Made by a program: the position numbers and the translations under genes
DNA from: a virus
Reading direction: 5' to 3' (one strand)
Virus record (IMG/VR): IMGVR_UViG_3300045988_137383
Coordinates: 1 to 61,331 of that record
Length of the DNA stretch: 61,331 nt
The notes under the pieces: generated by a model
The model's input: the letters and a program-made list of their open reading frames with translations, nothing else
What the model was told of the DNA's origin: nothing
Database searches by the model: none
Shown: one piece after another, positions 34,050 through 43,350 of the stretch
How positions within the stretch are numbered: position 1 is the first letter of the stretch
Layout of the letters: every line of letters begins with the position of its first letter

Positions 34050-35253
34050 TTTGCTTCCTTTTGTCTTTATTGAACTTGAAATGATATTTCCTCTTCAGTA
34101 TGTCATTGTGCTTATACCCCTCGGTCGCTTCGAAGCATCTGCTGTCATCGTTATAATGGCAGTATTTCTCCCACTTCGGACTGACCTCATCGACAAGGTC
34201 TCTGATGATGCCATAGGCGTTCTTGTGCTTGAAGTTCCCCAGATAGCTGTTGATGCTGTCCAGGAAGTGGCCGAGCATTGACGGATACACAAGCCTGTTC
34301 CATTTCCGGATGGCCATCTTGCAGTTCCTTACGGCCCTGTCGCTTGCATAGATTCTGTCGAACTTGATTTTCGCACCCAGAAAAGTGACGCCCTTGCTGT
34401 AGTGCTGCTGATACCTCTTGCGCGGGTGCATCTGATAGCCGAACTCCTCCATCAGCATCTTTTCGCTGGTGGCTACGTGGGCAAGCCCGGCCTGCAGGTT
34501 CTCCACTACCCAGACCATATCATCCACAAATCTTGTGTAATGAAGTCCGCAGGTGTCCACCTGAAACCTGTCAAACTCCGCCAGCGCGTAGTTCTTCTCC
34601 ACCTGCCAGAACTGGTTGCCGAGGCAGGCTCCGTGTTTCGGGTCGTTATTGAAGATGACGCTTTTCCCGGCGGCTATGATGTCGTCCCATCTGAATCGCG
34701 GAGACCTCAGACGCGCATGCTCCTGAGGATAGGCATAATTGACTCTTTGAAGGATATACAACAAGTCGTCCTTCTCGTCTTTGTCCTCGACACACTCTTC
34801 TATGAGGGCACGATAGCTCTCGTAGGAGCGGTCCAGATCCGTTGACGGAAAGTACGACTTGATGTCTCTCTTTATTATATAGCAATCCCTTGTGTAGTTC
34901 TTCGAGACCTTCCGGATGTCGTCACGGACCTTCAGTATCGCCCTGTCGCATCCGAAGCCTATGCGGTTGTTGAACGTGCTGTCGGTCAGTCTTTCCTCGA
35001 CGAGCGGACGCACGTGCAAATCGAAGTGATACTGGAGCGTCTTCATCTCCATCAGGCACGCTATGACCTCTCTGTCTCGGGGGTTGGGATTGATGAATCC
35101 ATATAAAAAAGGAACAAGGGAGCGGTCCTCGAAATCCCTAAGCAGCCGCATCAGGTCTCTCTCCCAATGCAGCGAAAAATGAATGCTGTCAAGGCTTCGC
35201 TTCTTGTTCGAGCGACAGCCGTAGTAGTCATCTTTTAGAGTCTCGAGTTCCAT
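33844..35253 (-). CDS. DGR reverse transcriptase
   Basis: ATG at 35253 (MELETLKDDYYG); YFPSTD, LGNQFWQVEKNYALAEFD (IGNxxSQ-like) and RFVDDMVWV (YxDD box); the TR lies 17 nt upstream; the 3' end is uncertain. Confidence 0.85.
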   Translation of the reverse strand: MELETLKDDYYGCRSNKKRSLDSIHFSLHWERDLMRLLRDFEDRSLVPFLYGFINPNPRDREVIACLMEMKTLQYHFDLHVRPLVEERLTDSTFNNRIGFGCDRAILKVRDDIRKVSKNYTRDCYIIKRDIKSYFPSTDLDRSYESYRALIEECVEDKDEKDDLLYILQRVNYAYPQEHARLRSPRFRWDDIIAAGKSVIFNNDPKHGACLGNQFWQVEKNYALAEFDRFQVDTCGLHYTRFVDDMVWVVENLQAGLAHVATSEKMLMEEFGYQMHPRKRYQQHYSKGVTFLGAKIKFDRIYASDRAVRNCKMAIRKWNRLVYPSMLGHFLDSINSYLGNFKHKNAYGIIRDLVDEVSPKWEKYCHYNDDSRCFEATEGYKHNDILKRKYHFKFNKDKRKQNDKTGNRGQKECPALPRQGQGGEAEGDGLRSGQDRRGGSHEGGVRRRPLAEEDVARRYQRGRGRGGRA

Positions 35254-35270
35254 TTCATACAACCATAATT

Positions 35271-35390
35271 CACGAGCGGAACAGCCAGGCTCGAGTTGTA
35301 CAAGTAGTTGCTGCCGGCAAAACCGTTGTTGCCATTCGCAACCCAACCGTTGTTCTCGCCATACCGGGAACAAGACCAAACGTTGCTGTT
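35271..35390 (-). repeat. DGR template repeat (TR)
   Basis: 120 nt, 112/120 identical to 36008-36127; holds the A (plus-strand T) at all 8 mismatches. Confidence 0.9.
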
Positions 35391-35465
35391 CGAGGCCCAT
35401 ACCTTGCTCTTACCTGCCGCTACGCGGGAGGAGGGCCTCCTTTATGATTTTTCGGGACTGCCGGT

Positions 35466-35915
35466 TCATTGCTTTGCAATGCCGGACGTGCCCTTGTTCC
35501 TTGATTTAATAATTGAATTCTTCCATCGGGTTACGCCTTCGTCAAGCTTACCGATATGCTCTATCAACTGCAATTTAATAGAGTCTGGGGTTGCCGTATC
35601 AAGAGGATTTTTGATACGAATAACGTTCCGCTCGCCGATTTTCCTCATAGTCAGAAGGAAGACTGCCACGTTAGCACACATCCTCTTCAAATGAATCTCC
35701 CTATCCTCCTCAAAGTCGTAGGCAAGGGTAAATTCCTTGATAACATCAAGAATCTGGTCGATAGCTCTATTGTTATATCTGATTTTATCGACTTTAGTCA
35801 TCATTGTATCCGCCTGAAGCAGCAATCCATAAATTTCGTCTGCGTCGTCTTTTATCTGAGGGTGCGGCTTTTCTCCGGGCAACTTTTTCGGTTCGTAGTA
35901 TTCTGACCTTGGCAT
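35466..35915 (-). CDS. avd: DGR accessory variability determinant (Avd-like helical bundle)
   Basis: 149-aa basic helical protein positioned between the target gene and the TR. Confidence 0.7.
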   Translation of the reverse strand: MPRSEYYEPKKLPGEKPHPQIKDDADEIYGLLLQADTMMTKVDKIRYNNRAIDQILDVIKEFTLAYDFEEDREIHLKRMCANVAVFLLTMRKIGERNVIRIKNPLDTATPDSIKLQLIEHIGKLDEGVTRWKNSIIKSRNKGTSGIAKQ

Positions 35916-35935
35916 AACTCACTTGTAATTTGCAG

Positions 35936-35962
35936 GGGCGGGAGCGGGGACGCTCCTCGCCC
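35936..35962 (-). promoter_or_regulatory. GC-rich hairpin with a 4-nt loop just 3' of the VR and target stop
   Basis: plus strand GGGCGGGAGCG-ggga-CGCTCCTCGCCC (one bulge). Confidence 0.6.
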
Positions 35963-35974
35963 GAAAGATTAAGA

Positions 35975-37366
35975 CTAAGCCACGCTTGAAGCGGTAACTT
36001 TCAAAAGCACGAGCGGAACAGCCAGGCTCGAGCCGTACAAGTAGTCGCAGCCGGCAAAACCGGTGCTGCCATTCGCAACCCAACCGTAGCTCTCGCCATA
36101 CCGGGAACAAGACCAAACGTTGCTGTTATTACCGAGGGCAGGTGCGCCTATTGCCGCGAGGGCTGCATTTACCTTGTCCGCGAATTTGTCCGATGTCGTC
36201 GGATAACGCAACCGGCCTACGATGCTGAGTATGCGCGACATCTTGCCGATTACCCATTCACCGCGCTTGAGCAGTTCGTGGCCGAAACCGCGCTCCGCCG
36301 CCAATCTCGCAGCCGGGCTGACATACTTTTCTACGCCGTCTTGTCCGACATACTTGAGACTGGCCAGATAGTAGGTGTTCCGCTTCTCCGTGCCGTATGT
36401 GCTGTCGTCAAATATCCCATACTCCGACGGAAGCACAGGAAGAAAGCTCCGCATAAACTTGAGCCAGCCTTCCTCGCCCTCTCCGTAGATTTCTCTCAAG
36501 TATGCGCAGTGGTCGCTTTGATATTTAGATGTCCCGAGATAGCCCGGGAGACAAATCGGGTATGCTCTCTTAATTGAAGTGACGTCTGCATTCGGGTTAT
36601 AAGCCGTAGAAGAATTGTCCTTCCTGAAGTATGCCAATGCTCGCGGCATATTCGTGATGGTTCCCTCGCCATTTCTTTGGCCATTCATCCTGAATATTCT
36701 TGACGTGGACTTCCACTGTGGAGCAATCGCTGATACGACAGAGAAACCGGACTTGGCCGTGTTATACGCAGCCTGCTGCCCGGTCGTGTACTTGAAATGC
36801 AGAAGAACATCGCCATTGGTGTCAGCTATCGCAACCCAGTCTTGCGCGACGAACGGCTCGTTTGCCTTGAAATAAGCATTGAGCTGCGATACCAGGGCAA
36901 CTACATTGTCCGCCTTGTACGTAATCGTGTAGTCCTGATTGGCCGCCCAGTTGTCTAACGAACTCCTGATGCTCAAGACTCCAGTATGCTCTGCCCCGTC
37001 AAGCGTATAACCAGACAGCTTGAAGTAGTATCTGGTGAACAACGGAGCACCAGTGAACTGGTGGCTCATTACAGCCACTTCGCCCCTGAAGTCCGGATGA
37101 TCCACACCGATGGCCACCACACCGATGACCTCGCCTCCCTCGGGGAGTCCTTCGGCCCTGAACGTCCCGGGCGCGGCGAAGTGGAGCGCGCGCGAGCCGT
37201 CAAGGTAGGCCACGCTCCCCGTCCTCGCCGACCTCAGCCCCACGACCACGTTCCTGCCGTCGTACCTGCATATGTTGCCCGCCTTTATGAGGGAGACCTG
37301 GCTCTCGTCCGCGCCCTTCCCCGTGTCGGCCTTGTAGGCCGCCTCTGTGTCGTAATACTTTATCAT
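35975..37366 (-). CDS. DGR target protein; putative receptor-binding tail fibre tip with a C-type-lectin-like variable C-terminus
   Basis: C-terminus ...NNSNVWSCSRYGESYGWVANGSTGFAGCDYLYGSSLAVPLV holds the VR; directly downstream of the tail fibre gene. Confidence 0.85.
   Translation of the reverse strand: MIKYYDTEAAYKADTGKGADESQVSLIKAGNICRYDGRNVVVGLRSARTGSVAYLDGSRALHFAAPGTFRAEGLPEGGEVIGVVAIGVDHPDFRGEVAVMSHQFTGAPLFTRYYFKLSGYTLDGAEHTGVLSIRSSLDNWAANQDYTITYKADNVVALVSQLNAYFKANEPFVAQDWVAIADTNGDVLLHFKYTTGQQAAYNTAKSGFSVVSAIAPQWKSTSRIFRMNGQRNGEGTITNMPRALAYFRKDNSSTAYNPNADVTSIKRAYPICLPGYLGTSKYQSDHCAYLREIYGEGEEGWLKFMRSFLPVLPSEYGIFDDSTYGTEKRNTYYLASLKYVGQDGVEKYVSPAARLAAERGFGHELLKRGEWVIGKMSRILSIVGRLRYPTTSDKFADKVNAALAAIGAPALGNNSNVWSCSRYGESYGWVANGSTGFAGCDYLYGSSLAVPLVLLKVTASSVA
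36008..36127 (-). repeat. DGR variable repeat (VR)
   Basis: see TR; the substitutions fall in the first two positions of TR AAC codons. Confidence 0.9.
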
Positions 37367-37386
37367 GATGTATCCTCCTTTCTTTT

Positions 37387-39279
37387 TTAAGCCTGTTTCC
37401 AGTCCGCAACGGAATCAACGCCGGCGGCGTAGTACAGCCCGCCAGACGCCGCGTCAAGGTTGATGTACTGCTGCCCCGCAAAGGCAGGCACACCGTCCCA
37501 CGGGAGTCCGTCCGGGAGGTTGACCGGCACGTTCGCCTCGGCCGGGACGCCGTGTCCGAGCATCACGAGGGGATAGCGGCACCTCGTCAGCCCCCTCACA
37601 TCGACCGTCCCGGCGGTCGCGTCGCCGAGGAGGCCGCGGCTCCCCTCCAGCGCGTCCAGACGGGCGGCGAGGCTCACTATGGCCTCAGCCACGACACGGT
37701 GGTCGAGACTCGCCTCCGTCTTTTGGTAATAGCCATCGAGGCTTTGGTGCTTCGTCAGGTAGCCCGTGTCGTTCTCCAGCTCCGAGACCTTTGTCGGGGC
37801 CGGTGTCTTGATGTCCCCGGCTCCGAGAACCGGCACGCCGTTGATGGTCTTGATGTTGGCTCCGGAAACCAGCCGCTGCTGAAAATCCCAGTAAGAGATA
37901 TTCGCTTCCATATAATGACCCTCATCAACCATATCCAGGTCAGATATGACGCAACGGAGTCCTCCCGAAGAATAGGTGTACATCAAAAGGACTATTTCTG
38001 AATAGTCGTCAGAGGTGTTGTCCATCATGCCGATGACCGAGGAGGTGTGTTGCTTATAAGCGATGACGTATAACGGTCGTCCGCTTCTTATAGCTGTATA
38101 CAATTCGATGACTTGATCCCTTGTGACCTCCGCGCCGTTGGCCAGTCGGAAAGCCCACATGCAGTCATAAGGCTCGACGTCCGCCTTGTCCGCCTTGACC
38201 TTCCCCAAATCCTCAATGGACTTCGTATGCCCTGCCGCGAGCGTGTTCAGCGCGGCCACTCCGGCTTTGTTCTCGGCCACCCCGGATGCGTTCCCCGCTA
38301 TGTCTGACGTGTGTCCCTCCGTAAGCCTCTGGAGTTGGGATATGGCCGCGGCCATCTGCGCCGCCCCCGTCTTGTCGGAGGCGATGTAGTCCGCTATCTC
38401 CTTCAGGGTGTCGAGGTCCTCCGGCGCGCCCGCCACCACCCTGGCTATGGCGTTGGCCACGGTCTTCTTCACGGAGCCGTCCACGTTGGAGTCGGAGTTC
38501 AGGATGTCGATGAGCGACTTGAGCGCGGCCACGGCTACCTTGCGGTCTGTCTCCTCCTTGGATATGGCTGCGTTCGCCCTGTCGATGTCGCCCTGCTCCT
38601 TGGCCTTCTGCGCGGCGAGGTCGGTGGCCACGTTTGCCACGTCCGACTGGCGGGCGATGACCTGAGGGTCCACGGACACCGTGTTGTCATCCTCGACTGA
38701 CACGCCGTAGCCCTGCCTCACCGGTCGGGAGTATGTCCCGGCGCCGTTCAGGTACTCGTTGGCGCGGCCGTCCATCTTCAGCTTGTCAACCTTACCCGCC
38801 CTCTCGTCCGTGAGGTCGTTCGCGGAGAGGCCCTTGCCTGGCTCCTTGTCCACCTTGCCGTCCAGCATCCCCTGGACGCGCTTGTCGGCCTCCGCGGCGG
38901 ACTCCTTGGTCTGGAACGTATCCGCTGCGTGGGATTTGGTCTCGAACTTCCCGTCCGCCTCCTCCTTCGAGTACATCCCCAGCTCCTCCGGGGTCTTGTC
39001 CCCCTTCAACACCACCCCGTTAACAGACGGCAAATTCTCAAGCACCTCGTAATCATATCCTAACCCGTTATCTTCAAGCAAGCCGGCAGCCAGCAATGCC
39101 CATCCCGGAGCGAGGGTATACGTACCGTCGCTGTCTTGCTTGAAATAAGGTTTGTTCCCGACCTGTTCCGCCAGGGAAGCGTATACCGACCCATCGCAGT
39201 ACACCCTATCCTGCGGATAGTATTTTCTTGTGTCGATATATTTTCCTGCCGACCACGGCAGCTTCTTTATGCAGTTCAT
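37387..39279 (-). CDS. tail fibre protein, 630 aa
   Basis: long coiled-coil centre, position between the large tail protein and the DGR target. Confidence 0.65.
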   Translation of the reverse strand: MNCIKKLPWSAGKYIDTRKYYPQDRVYCDGSVYASLAEQVGNKPYFKQDSDGTYTLAPGWALLAAGLLEDNGLGYDYEVLENLPSVNGVVLKGDKTPEELGMYSKEEADGKFETKSHAADTFQTKESAAEADKRVQGMLDGKVDKEPGKGLSANDLTDERAGKVDKLKMDGRANEYLNGAGTYSRPVRQGYGVSVEDDNTVSVDPQVIARQSDVANVATDLAAQKAKEQGDIDRANAAISKEETDRKVAVAALKSLIDILNSDSNVDGSVKKTVANAIARVVAGAPEDLDTLKEIADYIASDKTGAAQMAAAISQLQRLTEGHTSDIAGNASGVAENKAGVAALNTLAAGHTKSIEDLGKVKADKADVEPYDCMWAFRLANGAEVTRDQVIELYTAIRSGRPLYVIAYKQHTSSVIGMMDNTSDDYSEIVLLMYTYSSGGLRCVISDLDMVDEGHYMEANISYWDFQQRLVSGANIKTINGVPVLGAGDIKTPAPTKVSELENDTGYLTKHQSLDGYYQKTEASLDHRVVAEAIVSLAARLDALEGSRGLLGDATAGTVDVRGLTRCRYPLVMLGHGVPAEANVPVNLPDGLPWDGVPAFAGQQYINLDAASGGLYYAAGVDSVADWKQA

Positions 39280-39311
39280 ATATCAAAAAAAATTATATTA
39301 TCTTTGTCTTG

Positions 39312-39392
39312 GTAACGCGCACCACAGGGTGCTACCCTCCCGTAACGCGCCCACAGGGTGCTCTCGTCCGGCTAACGCGTCCACAGGATGCT
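39312..39392. repeat. three tandem ~30-bp repeats, each able to form a small hairpin
   Basis: GTAACGCGCACCACAGGGTGCT / GTAACGCGCCCACAGGGTGCT / GCTAACGCGTCCACAGGATGCT separated by 8-nt spacers. Confidence 0.85.
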
Positions 39393-39407
39393 CCGCCGGA
39401 TTTCTTT

Positions 39408-42400
39408 TTATTCCGCCACGCCGAAACACATCTTCGACCGTTTCATCATCAGGCCGGTAGACGGATCTTTCTTCTCCTGCAGATCGACGGTCAGCGGCGC
39501 GACGTCCGAGTAGATGTAGCGCTGCACCTTTTCACCGGAGGCGTTGGTCAATTCCATGGTCGTCGGCGACAGCGGCTTGGCCGGATCGACCAGCGCGGTG
39601 AACGACGGGTTGACCCACCTCACCGCTATGCCGAACGTCTTCCTGGCGTCGTGGGCGGAGCCGAAACCCCTCGATATGTTGCTCTCAGCCGCCCACTGAG
39701 TATAGTTCCTTGCCCACAGCTCCGCCTTCGTGTGGGCGTTGTCCGTCATGAACCTTTTGACGATGAAGTCGCGGAGCTCAGAAAGACCCATGGCCACCCC
39801 TTCCGCGCCGCTGAAACCGGCGACGGTGAAGGCGGCGTGATCCGTGATTTTCTTGTCGCCGAGCGCCGCGAACCATCCTTTCCTGGAGAGCCTCACCGGC
39901 TTGGTGCTCGTGCCGTCGTAAAAATAACGCCTCCGCTTGTTCATCCGCCGGTAAACCATCAGCACCGCCTCGTACTTGTCCGACGACAGGGCCGGATGCC
40001 TGACGGACAGGACCTGTCTTTCGATATCTTCCGGCGTGTATCCCCTGACCACCCTGAGGACGGGCCGGACGCGGAGCCTGGCGTTTGTGTCGATGACCTC
40101 CGATGCCTTCGGGATGCCGAATCGAAACGCGAACTTCTTTGCCGTGTCCGGTCCCGACGCCGTGACCTCCGCGGTAGGGTCGCCCCCGGCGATGAAGAAG
40201 GATTCCGCGGTCGGAGTGGCGAACCCCGCGGCTGCCCCGGAAGACCCGTCCTTACCCGGCCGGCCCTGGGCCTTGACGCCCGTGTCAACACTGCCTATCC
40301 ACCAATTGCCATTAGATCCGATGTAAGGCGTGTCACCATCCTTTCCGGAAGACCCCTTGCTTCCGTTGCGGACCTTGAACTGGCTGGACGACCCGTCCGT
40401 TAACTTCACGGTAACCACATTCTCCCCGCTGTCCGCCGTTGAGGTGGTGGTCTGGGTGACAGACTTGATCCCCACTCCGTCATCGCCTTTTTCCCCTTTG
40501 TCTCCCTTGGCGGCTGATGAGGAAGATCCGGAGCCTGACGAATCACCGGACTCCACATCCTCCGTGTTTGACGCGGAGCTGTCGCTCGGCAGCTTGAAGG
40601 ACTTCCTCGGCCTCTCCCTCAACGTCAGCGAATATGTCGGTATGTTCGCCTCGTTCTCGTTGATGGTGAGCGTGTCTATCAGGTCTGAATAATAGCCCAA
40701 GGCCATATACCCCTGCGACAGCAGGGAGGCCTCGAAACTGAGGAATTGTCCCTCTATGAAGCTGCGGGCGTTCTCCTTTATGAACTTAGCGTCCATCGAA
40801 GGCGTCAGCACCGCGATCGGATGTGACAGCTCGTCAAGCACTTCCTTCGCCCTGCTGAGTAGCCTCTGTGACGCATACTCGATATATTCGTCAGGCATCT
40901 TGATGTCGGTGAGGACGAACCTGTCCCCGGCGGCTATCGGATATGTGGAGTTCGGGAATGTCATGTTCACCGATCTGTCCACGACACGCCTTATTTTCAG
41001 ATTCCACCCATCCGCTGAGCTGTCATAGGAGCACTTGTCGATTCTGAAGCTCCTTCCGGCGCATGCCCCTGTCTTCATCTCAAGCGTCCCTACCTTGCCG
41101 TTGGAGGACAGTCTCTGCAAGTTCGGGTCGAAGCCTATCTGCTTGAGTGTCACGTATGCGCTGGTGGGATGCCCGTCCCGCAGGCTTATTGAAATCGGCG
41201 TGCTGTTGTTCTGGTCAACAGTGACGCTGGATGACTGCAAATATTTCGACGCGCTCGCGGTCACAGTCAGGTGGAGCTCGAAGATAAAAGTGTTCCCATA
41301 GTTCGTGTCACTTACCTTGAAGAAGTCATCGTGAAGCAGTACACAATCATCCGGGATAGACAGCCGCGTCTTGCCTGTGGTGGAATCATAGTTTCTCAGC
41401 AAATCGACCTTTGCCTCGTTGCCCATGTGGGTGACAGTCAGGAACGCCTCGTCCAAAGACACCCCGTTATCCATTTCAACGTATATATCCGCCTGCCCGT
41501 CCGCCAGAATGATGTCAGACCACAGTCCCATCCTAAGGGATGCAAATCCTATGTTCTTGGTGAGTGTGACGCTCCCGTTCACACCAACGGATCCCGTCAT
41601 GCTCGCGTCACATACCGGATCGACTGTCTGCGTGATCTCTTTGACACCGCTTGTGCCGTCATCAAGGTTGGCGGTCTTCGACGATTTGACCTCGTCCGCC
41701 CTCTCGGAGTCTGTGTATATGCTTGTCGAGGGATAGTATTCGTCCGTGGTCTCCATAGACTCCCGCACGTCCCCTATCGTCACCCCCTCTATGGACGGGT
41801 ATATCTCCCCGTATTCCTCGTCATCGAAGTAGAGCACCTTCGGGCGCACGCCCAGAAGCCTCTCGTCCCTGACAGAGGCCACCCTTATGAAAGCCTTCTT
41901 CGGGTCCGGCAGCGAGTCCGTCTTGCCCCACGAGGACACAGGAATCATTAGGTTCGGGATGTCCACGCTCTCCGCGTCCTTTATGTTCAGCGAGTTGTAG
42001 TATCTCGCCCTCATATTGCGGCTCGACCCGAACGGGTACAGCCTCGTGCAGACATCATCCATCTTGGAGAACGTGACCTTCACCGAGGTCAGCCCCTGCC
42101 CCTTGCCTATGGACCCCCCGGCCACTGTGTTGCCCGCTCTCTTCGTGTTCGCCCCGCCAATGGTGAGGATGTGCTTCCCGGTGGTGGAGTTGTATGAATA
42201 TGTCCATCCCACGTTCTCCCACACCGAATATATCTGGTCAAGAGCGTCCAGCACGCTGCTCCCGCTCTCGATGGAGAACTCCCTCGCCTCCGACACGGAG
42301 GTCACGCTCGTCTTCAGGTCCGCGTCCAGAATCACGCTCCACTCTCCCGGATAGCCGCTGTCCAGGCAGGCCTGTATCCTCGCGGCCAAGCCGTCCACGT

Positions 42401-42767
42401 CCTCGAACGTGGAGATCGTCTTCCTTGACGAGAAATGTATAGTGTTGTCGGCTGTCACGATGTCCCTGAAAAGGCATCTCTCGAAGTCTTTCGTCCTCGC
42501 GTAGAAGCGCACGTTGGAATAGACGTACTTCTCGGCCACGCCCGCTTTCTCCGAGTTCTGAGCCATCTCCGGCAGGTCATAGAGCGTGTACCTGAGCCCT
42601 GTCCTCGGATAGTCCACGTAGTCCCCGACCGCCCACGCTATCGGCGTGTCGGACGCTATCTCCCTGAACTCCAGATAGGACGGTTTCAGGTACGTCCCAT
42701 GGTAGACGGGGCATCCCTTGAACCTGACAGAGCCGCCGCCGGCGGCCATTATGCTGAACCTCGCCAT
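39408..42767 (-). CDS. large tail/baseplate protein (Tal-like) with collagen-like segments, 1119 aa
   Basis: G-x-y runs GDKGEKGDDG, GSKGSSGKDGD and GRPGKDGSSG; follows the TMP and Dit positions. Confidence 0.75.
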   Translation of the reverse strand: MARFSIMAAGGGSVRFKGCPVYHGTYLKPSYLEFREIASDTPIAWAVGDYVDYPRTGLRYTLYDLPEMAQNSEKAGVAEKYVYSNVRFYARTKDFERCLFRDIVTADNTIHFSSRKTISTFEDVDGLAARIQACLDSGYPGEWSVILDADLKTSVTSVSEAREFSIESGSSVLDALDQIYSVWENVGWTYSYNSTTGKHILTIGGANTKRAGNTVAGGSIGKGQGLTSVKVTFSKMDDVCTRLYPFGSSRNMRARYYNSLNIKDAESVDIPNLMIPVSSWGKTDSLPDPKKAFIRVASVRDERLLGVRPKVLYFDDEEYGEIYPSIEGVTIGDVRESMETTDEYYPSTSIYTDSERADEVKSSKTANLDDGTSGVKEITQTVDPVCDASMTGSVGVNGSVTLTKNIGFASLRMGLWSDIILADGQADIYVEMDNGVSLDEAFLTVTHMGNEAKVDLLRNYDSTTGKTRLSIPDDCVLLHDDFFKVSDTNYGNTFIFELHLTVTASASKYLQSSSVTVDQNNSTPISISLRDGHPTSAYVTLKQIGFDPNLQRLSSNGKVGTLEMKTGACAGRSFRIDKCSYDSSADGWNLKIRRVVDRSVNMTFPNSTYPIAAGDRFVLTDIKMPDEYIEYASQRLLSRAKEVLDELSHPIAVLTPSMDAKFIKENARSFIEGQFLSFEASLLSQGYMALGYYSDLIDTLTINENEANIPTYSLTLRERPRKSFKLPSDSSASNTEDVESGDSSGSGSSSSAAKGDKGEKGDDGVGIKSVTQTTTSTADSGENVVTVKLTDGSSSQFKVRNGSKGSSGKDGDTPYIGSNGNWWIGSVDTGVKAQGRPGKDGSSGAAAGFATPTAESFFIAGGDPTAEVTASGPDTAKKFAFRFGIPKASEVIDTNARLRVRPVLRVVRGYTPEDIERQVLSVRHPALSSDKYEAVLMVYRRMNKRRRYFYDGTSTKPVRLSRKGWFAALGDKKITDHAAFTVAGFSGAEGVAMGLSELRDFIVKRFMTDNAHTKAELWARNYTQWAAESNISRGFGSAHDARKTFGIAVRWVNPSFTALVDPAKPLSPTTMELTNASGEKVQRYIYSDVAPLTVDLQEKKDPSTGLMMKRSKMCFGVAE

Positions 42768-42770
42768 ATC

Positions 42771-43274
42771 CTACGCGTCTATGATTGACCCACTTGAATA
42801 TTTCGTCCTCGCCGTGGGACTGTTCACCTTGAACGTGACCGTGAATATGGCCCTTGTCCAAGCCCCCCTGCGGAGGAAAGACTCCTCCTTGTACCCCGCG
42901 TACCTCACGGCCTTGTAGCCGACCCCGGTGTATGAATCATAAGTCTTGAACTCGCCGTCCCTCACCTTGGCGAAGAACGAGTCCACCTGCGACCGCAGCA
43001 CCGCCTCGGACGACACAGAGCCGGAAGAGTACGCCTTGACGTAGAACGACACGTCGAACTCGAACGCCTTGTAGTACATCTTGGCCGTGTACTCGTCATC
43101 GCCGTCCTCGTCCTTCCATTCGTTCGTGTACACGTCCTTCGGCTCGGGCAGCAGCGGGTACGGGTTCGACTTCGCCACCATCCCGAAGGAAGATGCCGTG
43201 TCAATGGCCGCCGTGTCCGAATCCGTCTGGATGTAGAACGGCTTGTAGTCCTTTATGTCTGGAACGTATGGCAT
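42771..43274 (-). CDS. distal tail protein (by position), 167 aa
   Basis: first ATG at 43274 (MPYVPDIKDY); the track TTG start would overlap hairpin 43309-43337. Confidence 0.5.
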   Translation of the reverse strand: MPYVPDIKDYKPFYIQTDSDTAAIDTASSFGMVAKSNPYPLLPEPKDVYTNEWKDEDGDDEYTAKMYYKAFEFDVSFYVKAYSSGSVSSEAVLRSQVDSFFAKVRDGEFKTYDSYTGVGYKAVRYAGYKEESFLRRGAWTRAIFTVTFKVNSPTARTKYSSGSIIDA

Positions 43275-43308
43275 AACAAATCTCCGCGGTTTCGCTGCCC
43301 AAAGATTC

Positions 43309-43337
43309 AATAATAGCCGCTAAAAGCGGCTATTATT
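43309..43337 (-). other. perfect 12-bp intra-operon hairpin
   Basis: AATAATAGCCGC-taaaa-GCGGCTATTATT between the TMP and the next tail gene. Confidence 0.8.
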
Positions 43338-43350
43338 ATAACACTTTATA

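Noticed and set aside
35919-36116. A 65-aa ORF over the VR, and the 49-residue N-terminal extension of the RT ORF over the TR (35254-35400)
   Set aside because: Both are the same repeat translated in a non-target frame (VLFPVWRE..RLGCEWQ). The RT has a proper ATG at 35253 just after the TR.
36008-36127. A second DGR variable repeat or target elsewhere in the genome
   Set aside because: Scanning the six-frame track for the characteristic TR/VR peptide strings found only these two copies.
39312-39392. A CRISPR-like array, considered for the three ~22-nt repeats here and the 8-bp array at 1349-1404
   Set aside because: The spacers are only 8 nt (or absent), the repeats are imperfect, there are only 3 copies, and no cas genes or leader are present.
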